Assembly (NCBI GenBank): GCA_964016885.1
Contig: OZ024749.1
Span: 5,332,001 to 5,396,000 of the forward strand
Source of the DNA: Eledone cirrhosa
Taxonomy: Eukaryota
Length of the DNA: 64,000 nt
Direction: 5' to 3'
This document shows positions 32,232-48,218 of this stretch, piece by piece; position 1 is the stretch's first letter; each line of letters opens with the position of its first letter. A model generated the notes under the pieces. It did no database searches, was not told the DNA's origin, and saw nothing but the letters and a program-made list of their open reading frames with translations. The translations under genes and the position numbers were made by a program.

Positions 32232-33092
32232 TGTGAACGCCAAATGTACCGCCTTAGCCGGATGGCTGGAACAGGTAAAACAGTAATGTTTATCCAACTA
32301 ATAAACAGTATTTTATTACTTTTTCTGTCAATTATACTTCATGGTTGTTGTTGTTGTGGTGGTGGTGGTGGTGGTGGCGGCGACTGCAGCGGCAGAAGTA
32401 GTAGTAGTTTGTTGGGGAGTGGTGGTAGAAATATAGATATATGGATATATATCTATTGATAGATACATACATACACACATATCTTTCTATCTCTCTATAT
32501 ATATGTGGATGAATGAATATTACATAATTTATCTACTAAATTTTGTGGCTGTTGATTAAATATATTTTGTTTATTTAAAGAATCCCTTCTTTAAATTTTC
32601 TGAAATGTCAACGTTTCCGGTTGGCCATCGCTTAAATAAACATACTAATTTTCTGTCGCTAATTTTCTCCTAGTGCAGTTTATATATAATATCATCTTTT
32701 TTAACGTATCATGGATTAAGTTACTGATTAAATAAGACAGTGTAACGCAGTCTTCGTTCAATTTCTATGTATTATATATTGTCAATTACGATTTTATTTG
32801 ATGTATCATATCTACATGTATATATACTTGCGTATAATATCAATATACACAATACACATGCTTGCAGAAAAGCACCCGAGGGGTGGTTTTTCTGCTAGTT
32901 AGATTAATAGAGTAATCCATTATGTGAAAAACAAACATTTCTCGACTCTTTCTATTTCTTCATTTATATCTCAGACTGTTCGAAACGTTGAGATACGTTT
33001 CATACTGTATCAAAAGTAAAACTAAAAATAATTATTATCGTTCTACATAGTTACCCCGTGTGGCTGCCTTTGTTGAATGGGCACACATGGGT

Positions 33093-34124
33093 AACTGTTC
33101 ATATAAACATATTTAGGGCTCCAACCTTCAATAAGTAACTCTACATATAAACATATTTAGGGCTCCAACCTTCAATAAGTAACTCTACATATAAACATAT
33201 TTAGGGCTCCAACCTTCAATAAGTAACTCTACATATAAACATATTTAGGGCTCCAACCTTCAATAAGTAACTGTTTATATAAACATATTTAGGGCTCCAA
33301 CCTTCAATAAGTAACTGTTTATATAAACATATTTAGGGCTCCAACCTTCAATAAGTAACTCTACATATAAACATATTTAGGGCTCCAACCTTCAATAAGT
33401 AACTGTTTATATAAACATATTTAGGGCTCCAACCTTCAATAAGTAACTCTACATATAAACATATTTAGGGCTCCAACCTTCAATAAGTAACTCTACATAT
33501 GAACATATTTAGGGCTCCAACCTTCAATAATTAACTCTACATATAAACATATTTAGGGCTCCAACCTTCAATATGTAACTGTTTATATAAACATATTTAG
33601 GGCTCCAACCTTCAATAAGTAACTCTACATATGAACATATTTAGGGCTCCAACCTTCAATAATTAACTCTACATATAAACATATTTAGGGCTCCAACCTT
33701 CAATATGTAACTGTTTATATAAACATATTTAGGGCTCCAACCTTCAATATGTAACTGTTTATATAAACATATTTAGGGCTCCAACCTTCAATATGTAACT
33801 GTTTATATAAACATATTTAGGGCTCCAACCTTCAATAAGTAACTCTACATATGAACATATTTAGGGCTCCAACCTTCAATATGTAACTGTTTATATAAAC
33901 ATATTTAGGGCTCCAACCTTCAATAAGTAACTCTACATATGAACATATTTAGGGCTCCAACCTTCAATAATTAACTCTACATATAAACATATTTAGGGCT
34001 CCAACCTTCAATATGTAACTGTTTATATAAACATATTTAGGGCTCCAACCTTCAATAAGTAACTCTACATATAAACATATTTAGGGCTCCAACCTTCAAT
34101 AAGTAACTCTACATATGAACATAT
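33093..34124. repeat. 44-bp minisatellite, ~23 copies
   Basis: Unit atataaacatatttagggctccaaccttcaataagtaact(ctac/gttt), head-to-tail with no spacers. Confidence 0.97.
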
Positions 34125-34235
34125 TAATGACCAGGTCCCTTGACATTCGTATTGTCGGAAAACGGTTGAGATAGGTAATGCATTGCATATGTTTGTGTGT
34201 GTGTACATTTTATAGAATTACAGTGATATATACAT

Positions 34236-34306
<71 letters not shown>

Positions 34307-34347
34307 GTATATACATATATATATACATACGTATATATATATATATA

Positions 34348-34483
<136 letters not shown>

Positions 34484-34528
34484 TATATATATATACATAC
34501 ATATATATATATATATATTTACACACAC

Positions 34529-34563
<35 letters not shown>

Positions 34564-34570
34564 CACACAC

Positions 34571-34607
<37 letters not shown>

Positions 34608-34610
34608 CAC

Positions 34611-34657
<47 letters not shown>

Positions 34658-34666
34658 TATATATAT

Positions 34667-34737
<71 letters not shown>

Positions 34738-34790
34738 TATATATATACATACATATATATATATATATATATACACACACATATATATAT

Positions 34791-34881
<91 letters not shown>

Positions 34882-34935
34882 TATATATATATACATACAT
34901 ATATATATATATACACACATATATACACACACACA

Positions 34936-34983
<48 letters not shown>

Positions 34984-35030
34984 TGTATATATATCACTTT
35001 AATTCTATGAAATGTATACACACTTTACAC

Positions 35031-35372
35031 ATACAGTATATTGCCAAATATACTATACACACATTCATGTATACATCCCTATTTCAGAGCACCAATACTA
35101 ATACATAATTTTTGCTGGCAATCGCTCTGTTTAATCAGCTCGTAAATATTACTGGAATTCTATAAGAATCCACCCTCTATATGTTCGGCAATGGCAGGTG
35201 TGTGTGTTTTTATAAACGTTAACAAACGAGAAACAAACTGGCGATCAAATTCCCTTCTTTTTTGCCGAAAATATGTAAGTGACATAGTCACTACTTTAAA
35301 ACTGATAGCGAATGCACTTCAACATGTTTTAAATTAAACATACAGTATGTTGCCAAATATACTATGTATACA

Positions 35373-35378
<6 letters not shown>
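35031..35378 (+). mobile_element. Diverged family D element (~310-bp period), HHR core decayed
   Basis: Shares ctatttcagag, taatcagctc, ttctataagaat, gtcactactttaaaac with 13126-13585; terminal repeat atacagtat.ttgccaaatatactat at 35031 and 35340. Confidence 0.65.
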
Positions 35379-35431
<53 letters not shown>

Positions 35432-35537
35432 ATAATATTAATAAATGGAAAATATCTTTATAAAACCATATTTATATTATTATACGTATGTCAAGTGTAC
35501 TCGTATTTTACCTTATTGTTTATACATATATACAGCA

Positions 35538-35574
<37 letters not shown>

Positions 35575-35723
35575 CTAGCACAATGGCCCGGCGTTGCTCG
35601 TCATTTGCTGTAGGGTTCTTATATATTTTATATATATGTATACTTATCGAGCCTCGTGAAATAAATACCTTTGTTTATATTGTGTTATTGTGTATGCAAA
35701 AATATCTGTCCATGAATATATAA

Positions 35724-35792
<69 letters not shown>

Positions 35793-36448
35793 TAACAGAT
35801 TAAAGTTTAAGCAAAGGACCACTGCTTTCACACTTAACTGGATCTTCTGAAACTAAAAAAATCAATCTGTGAACGCAGAAAATGAATCGCTGCTTTCACC
35901 CTTAACGGGATATTCTACCTAAAAGCAGTATGAAGTACACTAAGACTAACTGATGTAATCTTTGACCTTGTTTGTTTATATTTTATTTTTGTGTATGCAA
36001 GAATATCTGTACACGAATATCTATATTAAAATAACATATTAATGTTTAAGCAAAGAATCGCTGCTTTCAGCCTTAACGAGATCTTCTGAAACAAAAAAAA
36101 TCAATCTGGAAAACAGGAAGACGATACTTTGGTTCGGGAAAACGTTCCCTGGCATAAGAATATATATACACACACACTGATTGCGTCATAATGACGTAAT
36201 GCAGACAGTCAGGCATACATACATATATTATGACGGCGCGACGTCATATCTATGTATCTATCTAAAAAGAGAAAGACAGAGAGAAAGAGATCGCTAAATC
36301 GCCTAATGTGGTCCCTAGGGCATTGAAAATTTGAAATTTTTACTCAAAACACTTCCGGGCCTATACGGGTTACTTGTGTAAAGTTTGAAAAAAAACGGTT
36401 GGGTACTTCTCGAGTTTTAGGGAAACAGACACACAGACAGATATCCTC

Positions 36449-36460
<12 letters not shown>
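35575..36460 (-). mobile_element. Non-autonomous Helitron-like element
   Basis: CTAG terminus with adjacent GC-rich partial hairpin (actagcacaatggcccggcgttgctcg), internal ~290-bp duplication, (ACAG)-type repeat near the other end. Confidence 0.55.
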
Positions 36461-36493
<33 letters not shown>

Positions 36494-37404
36494 CATACAT
36501 ACACATACACGCACAAACACACACAAAATCATCGAATGTGGTTCATTTTAATTTATATTATTATTGTGGTCAGAATTATTATTATTTCAAATAGTGAAAA
36601 AATCGATTTGGTGTCACTGAGGAGATTTAAGAAATTGAGTTGTGTTATACAGTATCAACAGATATATAGAATTCCTGAGATCTGCCAGAGAAACAAAAGA
36701 ATGCCAAATAATCAATGCTATATTATTTTATTTGAGATTGTTTTTGTTGTTAGATTCTTTGTTGGTTGGGAGTTATCGCCATATCTGTTTTTCTGCTATT
36801 GTTGTTGTTTTTTTTAAAGCAACATAAGAAAGAATTAAAAAAACGCTAAGAATTTTCTAAGTAAACAAATGTTTCGAAGTTGGTGTCTATTTTTACAGAA
36901 CCACACAATAGGTTTCGAATTTAATTTTGTTAAGTGTGGAGGATGTTAACATTTATCGTCGATGTGATCAAAATATAACCATAGTGACAGACATTAAGCC
37001 TTGTTTGATCGATAGTTTACTTAGTGCTATTGGAAAAAGAAAAAGTCGCTTACGTTAAAAATCATATCTTTACGTCATCGACACAATGTCTAAGTTAACG
37101 TTGGTAATCTAATTTGAAATAATTTTTTCGATGAGGGAAAAAACCAATATTATCTTAATGACTCATATTATTTTGCCAAAAGTAGAAACAATTATTTTAA
37201 TCAGTTTGTAAATCATGAGAAGCAAGTATGACATATTCCGCTATAATTAGACCTCCTCATCGAAATAGATGTCACTGCAGTCACCAAAGAAATGAAGATA
37301 TAATCAGGGTGTCGGTATATATTTGATTAGGCAAATAAATCTTGACATGTTTCACAAATATCAGATCTAATGACTTGACTGCAGTAGACGATGTAGAGGG
37401 GAGA

Positions 37405-37803
37405 CATAATTTAGTTGGGCATAGTTTATATACGAGATAATATTTAGTTGAGATATAGTTTATATACGAGATAATATTTAATTGAGGTATAATTTATATA
37501 CGAGATAATATTTAGTTGGGTATAGTTTATATACGAGATATTACTTAGTTGAGATATAGTTTATATACGAGATAATATTTAGTTGGGTATAATTTATATA
37601 CGACATAATATTTAGTTTGGTATAGTTTATATACGAAATAAAATTTAGTTGAGGTATAGTTTATATACGAGATAACATTTAGTTGGGGTATAATATTCTA
37701 CAAGAGATATTTAGTTGGTGGTATAGTATTCTAAAGGAGATAATATTTAGCTGGCGTATAGTTTATACATGAGACACCATTTAGGTGGGATATATACGAG
37801 ATA
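37405..37803. repeat. ~32-bp minisatellite, ~12 diverged copies
   Basis: Unit approximately tatagtttatatacgagataatatttagttga. Confidence 0.9.
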
Positions 37804-38638
37804 ACCTACCTCCTCTTCACATCTGCTCATCCAGCTCATACACACACTAACATTCCACTTAACATAGCTAAACAAATCTACACAATAGTTTCAAACACAA
37901 GAACAAGATACCACACACTAGAGGAGATGAAAGATATACTCACCAAGAGAAAATACCCTCTAAATTTAATCAATGAAAATTCGAAAAGCAAAAAAATTAG
38001 TCCTCTGAGCAACAATAAGTGGAAAACAGTCATACAATAGATCTTCAACCCCCAAAACAAAGAAAGTTATAAACACATACACCTAAACCTGCCTATATTA
38101 GAAAAAGACAAAAACCTGAAAAACATCTCATAAATATATCCTGCTATTAACAAGCGAAATATAAAAAAAAAATACTAACTAAAGAAATACTGACAAGGGC
38201 AGAGCTGCAAACCACAATTACAGAACCCCATGTGAAAAGATGTAACTGACCGCATTGTGGAATTTGCAACTACCTACTGGAAGGGCATGAATTCCACTTC
38301 ACAGACAGTCTATCTTCAAAATTAAGAAGATTCCGTGCAACTTGAAAAACTTAATTTACGTCATAACCTACAGAGGTTGCCGTGAATATTATATAGGACA
38401 GAGAGGGTTAACACCCCGATAAAGATTGACAGTCCACAGACAACAATTTAGAACTCCATACACTAGGAAAATCCTCCTCAGTAAATATAAAGGAGAGTGC
38501 GGAGGATCAACAGTACCAAAGTTTGATGTTTCCCCCGTGTACCAATATGTCTATGAAATCACGGAGCAAGCTAGAATTGATAAAGAGAAAATGTTTATTA
38601 AAATATCCAAATTAAGTTTTAACTCACATACAACATAA
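37801..38638 (+). pseudogene. Penelope-like element remnant: RT C-terminal region, Cys-rich linker and GIY-YIG endonuclease
   Basis: YLLFTSAHPAHTHTNIPLNIAKQIYTIVS...RKYPLNLI; KRCN*PHCGIC; NLIYVITYRGCREYYIGQ...RLTVHRQQ...KEKMFIK; contains stops and frameshifts. Confidence 0.88.
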
Positions 38639-38914
38639 TTAATTCTCCAACAATTAAAAAATGCAGGGTTACGCCCCTTGTCACAAATTAAAAAATTATT
38701 TTTATTATCTACACAAGGGGTACAGAACCCCCCAAAACAAGTTGGATATCTTAATTTACCAAGGACAGAAGCAACCCTAAACATGCAATCGAAAAACTGC
38801 ATGCAGGAATCTGAATGAGGGTATAATTAATTATAAAAAGAAACGTTTTGACAATCTAAAACAGAAAAAGTAAGCTATCCTAAACAACTGTTTTATATAT
38901 ATATATATACAGTA

Positions 38915-38967
<53 letters not shown>

Positions 38968-39247
38968 GTTGTTTAGGATAGCTTATATCATCCCTGTGCG
39001 TATTAATTACATGTAGGAACACATACTTTTATTATTATTCTCCCCAATGGTAGTGAAACCTATAGTCGTCTGAATGGCTGCTATATTTAACAGTACAGGA
39101 TTGACTAGTCGACCGTGCTCTCGCCTTTGCACACGGTACCATACCAAACACTGCTTTATCGGTCATTTACTGTCATTCTGAGGCAGCTTGGAATGGCCTC
39201 AGTTTGAAATGTTTAACTCGGGAATTTTATAATCTCCGGGAGAGAAA

Positions 39248-39330
39248 TGCCTTCTGATGATAATCTCCTTCTCATTAGAAACACGCCGGGATTATCTACT
39301 CGTTTGGGATTTGAAACCGCGGTAAAGGCA
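39248..39330 (+). ncRNA. Type I hammerhead ribozyme, family C
   Basis: UGCCUU CUGAUGA UAAUCUC...GGGAUUU GAAA CCGCGG UA AAGGCA; perfect 6-bp stem I, palindrome ACCGCGGU, GUA site. Confidence 0.88.
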
Positions 39331-39478
39331 CATATAGTAAGTACATGAATTCTTTTAAATTTATCTTAAAATCTTTTCTTTATTTGCTTTCACTTGATTT
39401 TATATATATATATATATTTTATATATATATATATATGTGACAAGTAAGTATGTTTTGAAACGGTGAGCAGGTTTGAAA

Positions 39479-39682
39479 TTAGAAAATAGAATAGTTTTCA
39501 CCGTATTTTTCAACTAAAGAAATTTTAGACTGATAATGGGGTTTAGAACACTCAGATAAATGGAAAAAGATGATGTACGTCAATACTCAGCTTTTTCCAT
39601 TTATCTGAGGGTTCTAAACCCCATTATCAGACTAAAATGTCTTTAGTTGAAAAATACGGTGAAAGCTATTCTATTTTCTAAT
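39479..39682. repeat. ~200-bp fold-back palindrome (fragment also at 60209-60265)
   Basis: ttagaaaatagaatag...gataaatggaaaaag versus ctttttccatttatc...ctattctattttctaa. Confidence 0.9.
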
Positions 39683-39828
39683 ATATATATATATAGATAT
39701 ATATATATATATTTATTATTCAAAATCTTAACAAATAAAAAATATTCGCATAATCAAAATATATACATATATATATATACATACATACATATATACATAC
39801 ATACACACAGACACACACACACACACAG

Positions 39829-39898
<70 letters not shown>

Positions 39899-39982
39899 CA
39901 AAATGGGATCAGTAAGAAAATGTTTAGATCATTACTCCAGAGTAGTCCAAACTTGCGGTGGTAGCGTATGGTGAATATATAT

Positions 39983-40160
39983 AGGTGGAGTGGCAGTATC
40001 AGTAGAGGGTTGGACACCATGCTTTCCAGCATAGAGATACGTTCCTTTACAGTCTGAGTTCAAATCCCCTCGAGGTTAACTTTGCCTTTCATCCATACGG
40101 GGTCGATAAAATAAAGTATCAGTAATGCACTGGGATAATTGCTGGCCTTGTGCCAATTAT
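39983..40160 (+). mobile_element. tRNA-derived SINE
   Basis: ggtggagtggcagtatc...gagttcaaatccc...gtcgataaaataaagta. Confidence 0.85.
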
Positions 40161-40208
40161 ATATAGTTATATGAAATCACAGGAGCTCAGCCATCGGATC
40201 CTGACTCA

Positions 40209-40336
<128 letters not shown>

Positions 40337-40505
40337 ATGTAGGAGGTGAGTTTTATTGTAGTACAATAAAGCAATGCAGATAGCGGATAAGAAGCACTTT
40401 ACAGTTTGTAGGACTGGAGTATAAATAATATATAAGATCAAAAGTTGAAATGCGCATAATAAAATACATGGAACTATGTTAAACATCTTTTGATCTTATA
40501 TATAT

Positions 40506-40538
<33 letters not shown>

Positions 40539-40624
40539 GTATATATATATATGTGTATATATCTATGTGTATATATATCTATGTGTATATATGTATATAT
40601 ATCTATGTGTATATATATATATAT

Positions 40625-40810
40625 GTAGATTTTGAGTTTATGTTGGTTGTATACCAACACACCTCAGTATGCAGGCTGGAGCACTCGACCGAAGTGCGCA
40701 GGTTGGTTTGGTTACTCCGGAGTAGTGTAAAATAAAGTTAAATAAAAGTCAAAATGATTAAACTTTAGCTTCGTTTATTACTGCTATATATATTTTCAGT
40801 GACAGCCATC
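40625..40810 (-). mobile_element. Family K 3' tail truncated inside HHR stem II
   Basis: Reverse complement of ~63078-63256. Confidence 0.85.
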
Positions 40811-40971
40811 TATATATATATGTATATATATATATATATATATGTACATATATATATATGTTTAAGTATATATATATATATATCATTGTATATATATGTA
40901 TATATATATATATGTATATATATATAAGTATATATATATAATGTATATATATATATATATGTATATATATG

Positions 40972-41002
<31 letters not shown>

Positions 41003-41019
41003 GTATGTATATATATATG

Positions 41020-41050
<31 letters not shown>

Positions 41051-41067
41051 GTATATATATAAGTATA

Positions 41068-41098
<31 letters not shown>

Positions 41099-41116
41099 TG
41101 AATATATATATATATG

Positions 41117-41163
<47 letters not shown>

Positions 41164-41331
41164 GTATATATATATATGTATATCTATATATATGTATATA
41201 TATATATGTATATCTATATATATCTATATATATGTATATATATATATCTATATATATATATGTATATATATATATATGTATATATATATGTATTATATAT
41301 ATATGTATATATATATGTATATATATATATG

Positions 41332-41362
<31 letters not shown>

Positions 41363-41471
41363 GTATATATATATATGTATATATATGTATATATATGTAT
41401 ATATATGTATATATATGTGTATATATATATGTATATATATGTATATGTGTATATATATATGTATATATATG

Positions 41472-41504
<33 letters not shown>

Positions 41505-42172
41505 GTATAATATGTATATATATATGTATATATATATATGTATATATGTATATATATATGTATATATCTATATGTGTATATGTATATATATATGTACATA
41601 TATATGTATATATATATATATGGATATATATATATGTATATGTATATATAAATGTATATGTATATATATATGTATATGTATATATATATGTATATGTATA
41701 TATATATGTATATGTATATATATATGTATATGTATATATATATGTATATGTATATGTGTATATATATATATATGTATATATATATATGTGTATATATATA
41801 TGTATATGTATATATATATGTATATGTATATGTATATGTATATATATATGTATATGTATATATATGTGTATATGTATATATATATGTATATGTATATGTA
41901 TATGTATATATATATATGTATATGTATATATATGTGTATATGCATATATATGTGTATATGCAATATATATGTGTATATGTATATATATGTGTATATGTAT
42001 ATATATATGTGTGTATGTATATATATGTATATATATATATATATATGTAGGAGGTGAGTTTTATTGTAGTACAATAAAGCAATGCAGATATCGGATAAGA
42101 AGCACTCTACAATGTGTAGGACTTGAGTATACATAATATATAAGAACAAAAGATGGTTAAAAGAGTTCCATG

Positions 42173-42242
42173 TATTTTATTATGCGCATTTCAAAAAAAA
42201 TATCATCATGCAGTAATATTTGTGTTTTCATCAGATAAAATA
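42173..42242 (-). ncRNA. Type I hammerhead ribozyme, family F
   Basis: Reverse complement of the 43328 motif; 8-bp stem I, CUGAUGA, GAAA UGCGCA UA. Confidence 0.85.
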
Positions 42243-42616
42243 GGAAGGACGTGATATGAAGGTTTAAAAACACTTGTGGATAATGTAGTTTTAAATCAAC
42301 ATATGAAAAAGTAGTTTTAGATTGGATTGTGTGATATTGGGAAAAAAAATTTTTTTTACGGGTGTGGGGTGTGGAAAGGATGAAAAAGATGAGAGTAAAA
42401 GGTGGAGAGGGAGGAGTATAATGAGGAAGGACGAGATAGGAGGAGAGATGGGTGATAGAGAGAGAGAGATAGCTTTTATAACTGAGAGAAATATATTGTT
42501 TTTTATAACTGAGAGAAATATTTTGTTTTACATAGAGAGGTTGAAAAACCCGTATGAATTAAAAGAATTTGAAAATTAACGAAGAGAAAAATAATGTAAA
42601 GTTAAGGTTTGTATAT

Positions 42617-42828
42617 TTAATAATATGTGCGATGAAAAGAAAATGTTAATATGTATTTAGAATAATATTTAAGGGTTTAATAATATGTGCGATGAAAAGA
42701 AAATGTTAATATGTATTTAGAATAATATTTAAGGGTTTAATAATATGTGCGATGGAAAGAAAATGTTAATATGTATTAAGAATAATATTTAAGGGTTTAA
42801 TAATATGTGCGATGGAAAGAAAATGTTA
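42617..42828. repeat. ~60-bp tandem repeat, ~3.5 copies
   Basis: ttaataatatgtgcgatg(a/g)aaagaaaatgttaatatgtatttagaataatatttaagggt. Confidence 0.9.
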
Positions 42829-43327
42829 TGTATTATTAAAAAGAACAACATATAATGTAAGTAAGGATATATTGTGAGATGAGCATGAGTAAGTTAGATG
42901 AAAGGGAGAAAAAAATAATGAATTGGGGATGAATAATCTAACGTCAAAAGATGTTATATTTACGAAGGATTTGTGTAAGGTAATATGAAGTAAGAATGTA
43001 TTGTAATGTGTAATAATTGTTTCAATGTTAGGCAACAGGGAGAAAAGGTACAGATTAGGGGTTAGACATTAAAAAAAAGAGAAGAAAGGGAAAACGAAGA
43101 AAGGGAAGTGATAAATAGGAGTGATATAGAATGAGTAACAAGTATTATATAATGTATAATAAATAACTTTGAAATGAGGTAGAAAGATGGGTATATTTTT
43201 AAAGGAAGTATATATATATATGTGCCTTTGAGAAAAACATTCTAAATTGATAAAGTTTTGGATATTAGCTGTATACTTTGTGGAATGTTATGTGGAATTT
43301 ATGCAAGCAGAGAGAAACATGTCTACC

Positions 43328-43398
43328 TATTTTATCTGATGAAAACACAAATATTATTGCATGATGATATTTGTTTTTGAAATGCGCATAATAAAATA
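43328..43398 (+). ncRNA. Type I hammerhead ribozyme, family F
   Basis: UAUUUUAU CUGAUGA AAACACAAAUAUUAUU gcau GAUGAUAUUUGUUUUU GAAA UGCGCA UA AUAAAAUA; 8-bp stem I, ~15-bp stem II, palindrome AUGCGCAU. Confidence 0.9.
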
Positions 43399-43440
43399 CA
43401 TGGAACTCTTTTAACGATCTTTTGTCTTATATATTATATA

Positions 43441-43504
<64 letters not shown>

Positions 43505-43542
43505 CATGTATATATATGTATATATATATATGTATATATATG

Positions 43543-43611
<69 letters not shown>

Positions 43612-43885
43612 GTATATATATATGTATATATATGTATATATATATATATATATGTATATATATGTATATATGTATATATGTGTATATATATATAAGTATA
43701 TATATATAAGTATATATATATATATGTATATATATGTGTATATATATATATGTATATATATGTGTATATATATATATGTTTTATATATATATGTATATAT
43801 ATGTGTATATATATATATGTATATATATATATGTAAGTATGTGTGTATACGTACATACATATATGTATACAGACGTACAGTAGAA

Positions 43886-43954
<69 letters not shown>

Positions 43955-44103
43955 GTACACATACATATACGCACGTATCAGTTTAGCGGACGCTTATTAT
44001 AACGCCGCTTTGTTCGTTTGTAAACAAACTGAACAGCCTGAATTTTTATGCCGTACGGTGTTAAGGCAACCACGTCACCTTTTTGTTCAACACTGACACA
44101 GGA

Positions 44104-44146
44104 ACGATGTACTAGTTTCAAGCGTGTTAGCTATCATCAGCACCGT
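44104..44146 (-). ncRNA. Minimal type I hammerhead ribozyme, family G
   Basis: Minus strand: ACGGUG CUGAUGA UAGC uaacac GCUU GAAA CUAG UA CAUCGU. Confidence 0.85.
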
Positions 44147-44291
44147 ATACCCTTTCTGCCAGATAGTTGAACGTTCGAAAGTATATACTTTCCTTATGAA
44201 AAGTAACACATACAATTATGCACGTATCAGTTTAACGGACGCTTATTATAACGCCGCTAAACTGATACGTGCATATATGTATGTGTACCTG

Positions 44292-44339
<48 letters not shown>

Positions 44340-44576
44340 TGCTACTGTACGTCTGTATAGATATATGTATGTACGTATACACACTTACTTACATTTAAGT
44401 AAGTGCCGTATTAAGAGTGAGAAATGGGAATTTCGTTTTCATTTTATTTCAACTTATCGTTTTCGGTATGCCTGACCGACTTAGCTCACTCGATATGCAA
44501 ATTAGGCTGCTCAGCCGTTAATTTTCATAAGGAAAGTATATACTTTCGAACGTTCAACTATCTGGCAGATGGGTAT

Positions 44577-44619
44577 ACGGTGCTGATGATAGCTAACAAG
44601 CTTGAAACTAGTACATCGT
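44577..44619 (+). ncRNA. Minimal type I hammerhead ribozyme, family G
   Basis: ACGGUG CUGAUGA UAGCU aaca AGCUU GAAA CUAG UA CAUCGU; 6-bp stem I, palindrome ACUAGU, GUA site. Confidence 0.9.
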
Positions 44620-44907
44620 TCCTATGTCAGTGTTGAACAAAAAGGTGACGTGGTTGCCGTGGTTGCGTTAACACCGTATGGCATAAATTCAGGTTGTTCA
44701 GTTTGTTTACAAACGAACAAAGCGACGTTATAATAAGCGCCGCTAAACTGATACGTGCATATATGTATGTGTACCTGTATGCATATGTATATATATATGT
44801 ATATATATATATATATGTGCATGCTACTGTGCGTCTGTATACATATATGTATGTACGTATACATGCATACTTACATTTATATATATATGAATATATGTAT
44901 ATATGTA

Positions 44908-45063
<156 letters not shown>

Positions 45064-45064
45064 C

Positions 45065-45207
<143 letters not shown>

Positions 45208-45235
45208 CATATATACATATATACATATATTCATG

Positions 45236-45269
<34 letters not shown>

Positions 45270-45320
45270 TACATATATACATATATTCATATATATATAT
45301 ATATACATATATATATATGC

Positions 45321-45354
<34 letters not shown>

Positions 45355-45360
45355 GTATAC

Positions 45361-45442
<82 letters not shown>

Positions 45443-45448
45443 ATATAT

Positions 45449-45520
<72 letters not shown>

Positions 45521-45528
45521 ATATATAT

Positions 45529-45577
<49 letters not shown>

Positions 45578-45630
45578 ATTTAAAACTGCACTATCAACAA
45601 GTGTTTTTTAGCCTTCATATCATGTTCTCC

Positions 45631-45701
45631 TGTTTTATCTGATGAAAACGCAAATATTATTGTTTGATGATGTTTGTTTTTGAAATGCGCATAATAAAAT
45701 A
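45631..45701 (+). ncRNA. Type I hammerhead ribozyme, family F
   Basis: UGUUUUAU CUGAUGA ... GAAA UGCGCA UA AUAAAAUA. Confidence 0.85.
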
Positions 45702-45760
45702 TATGGAACTCCTTTAACCATCTTTTGATCTTATATTATATATGTATATATATATATATG

Positions 45761-45801
<41 letters not shown>

Positions 45802-45883
45802 GCATATATATATATGTATATATATATATATATGAATATATGTATATATGTATATATGTATATATATATATATATATATATTA

Positions 45884-45980
<97 letters not shown>

Positions 45981-45991
45981 GTATATATTTG

Positions 45992-46082
<91 letters not shown>

Positions 46083-46222
46083 TGTTATATTTGGGGAGGG
46101 TCATATTTGCGTAATATTGCCAGAATTAATAACAGAACACACTCACTGTTTGGGTTGGTTTTCGCTTCTCGCTGTCTTTTATATATATATATCTGCGATC
46201 TAACTTAATATATATGTATATA

Positions 46223-46267
<45 letters not shown>

Positions 46268-46299
46268 ACATATATATATATGTATGTATAACTTTGAAT

Positions 46300-46494
46300 A
46301 ACTTTGAAATGTTTTGGCCAGTATTGGCCCAGGCCATGTCTAACTTAATAGCACCACCTGGCGAAGTCTTTCAATTCAGGATTTGGGCACCATGGCCCAT
46401 TCGAGAAGAGAATTATTGTTTGCGGAGACATATCCGGGTGTGGGTGGTTTGTCCGGGATTACTTGGAGGAATTTGTCCAAAGACTTCTTGAATA
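46300..46494 (-). mobile_element. CR1/L2-type LINE extreme 3' end
   Basis: [32 protein letters not shown] followed by a short 3' UTR. Confidence 0.7.
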
Positions 46495-48217
<1,723 letters not shown>

Positions 48218-48218
48218 A

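Larger units (their letters stand above)
43833..44880. mobile_element. HHR element family G: inverted copy followed by a partial tandem (486-bp period)
   Basis: 43833-44200 is the reverse complement of ~44523-44875; cgccgctaaactgatacgtgc recurs at 44252 and 44738. Confidence 0.88.

Noticed and set aside
33093-34124. CRISPR-like regular array
   Set aside because: Units are head-to-tail with no unique spacers, there are no cas genes and the context is eukaryotic
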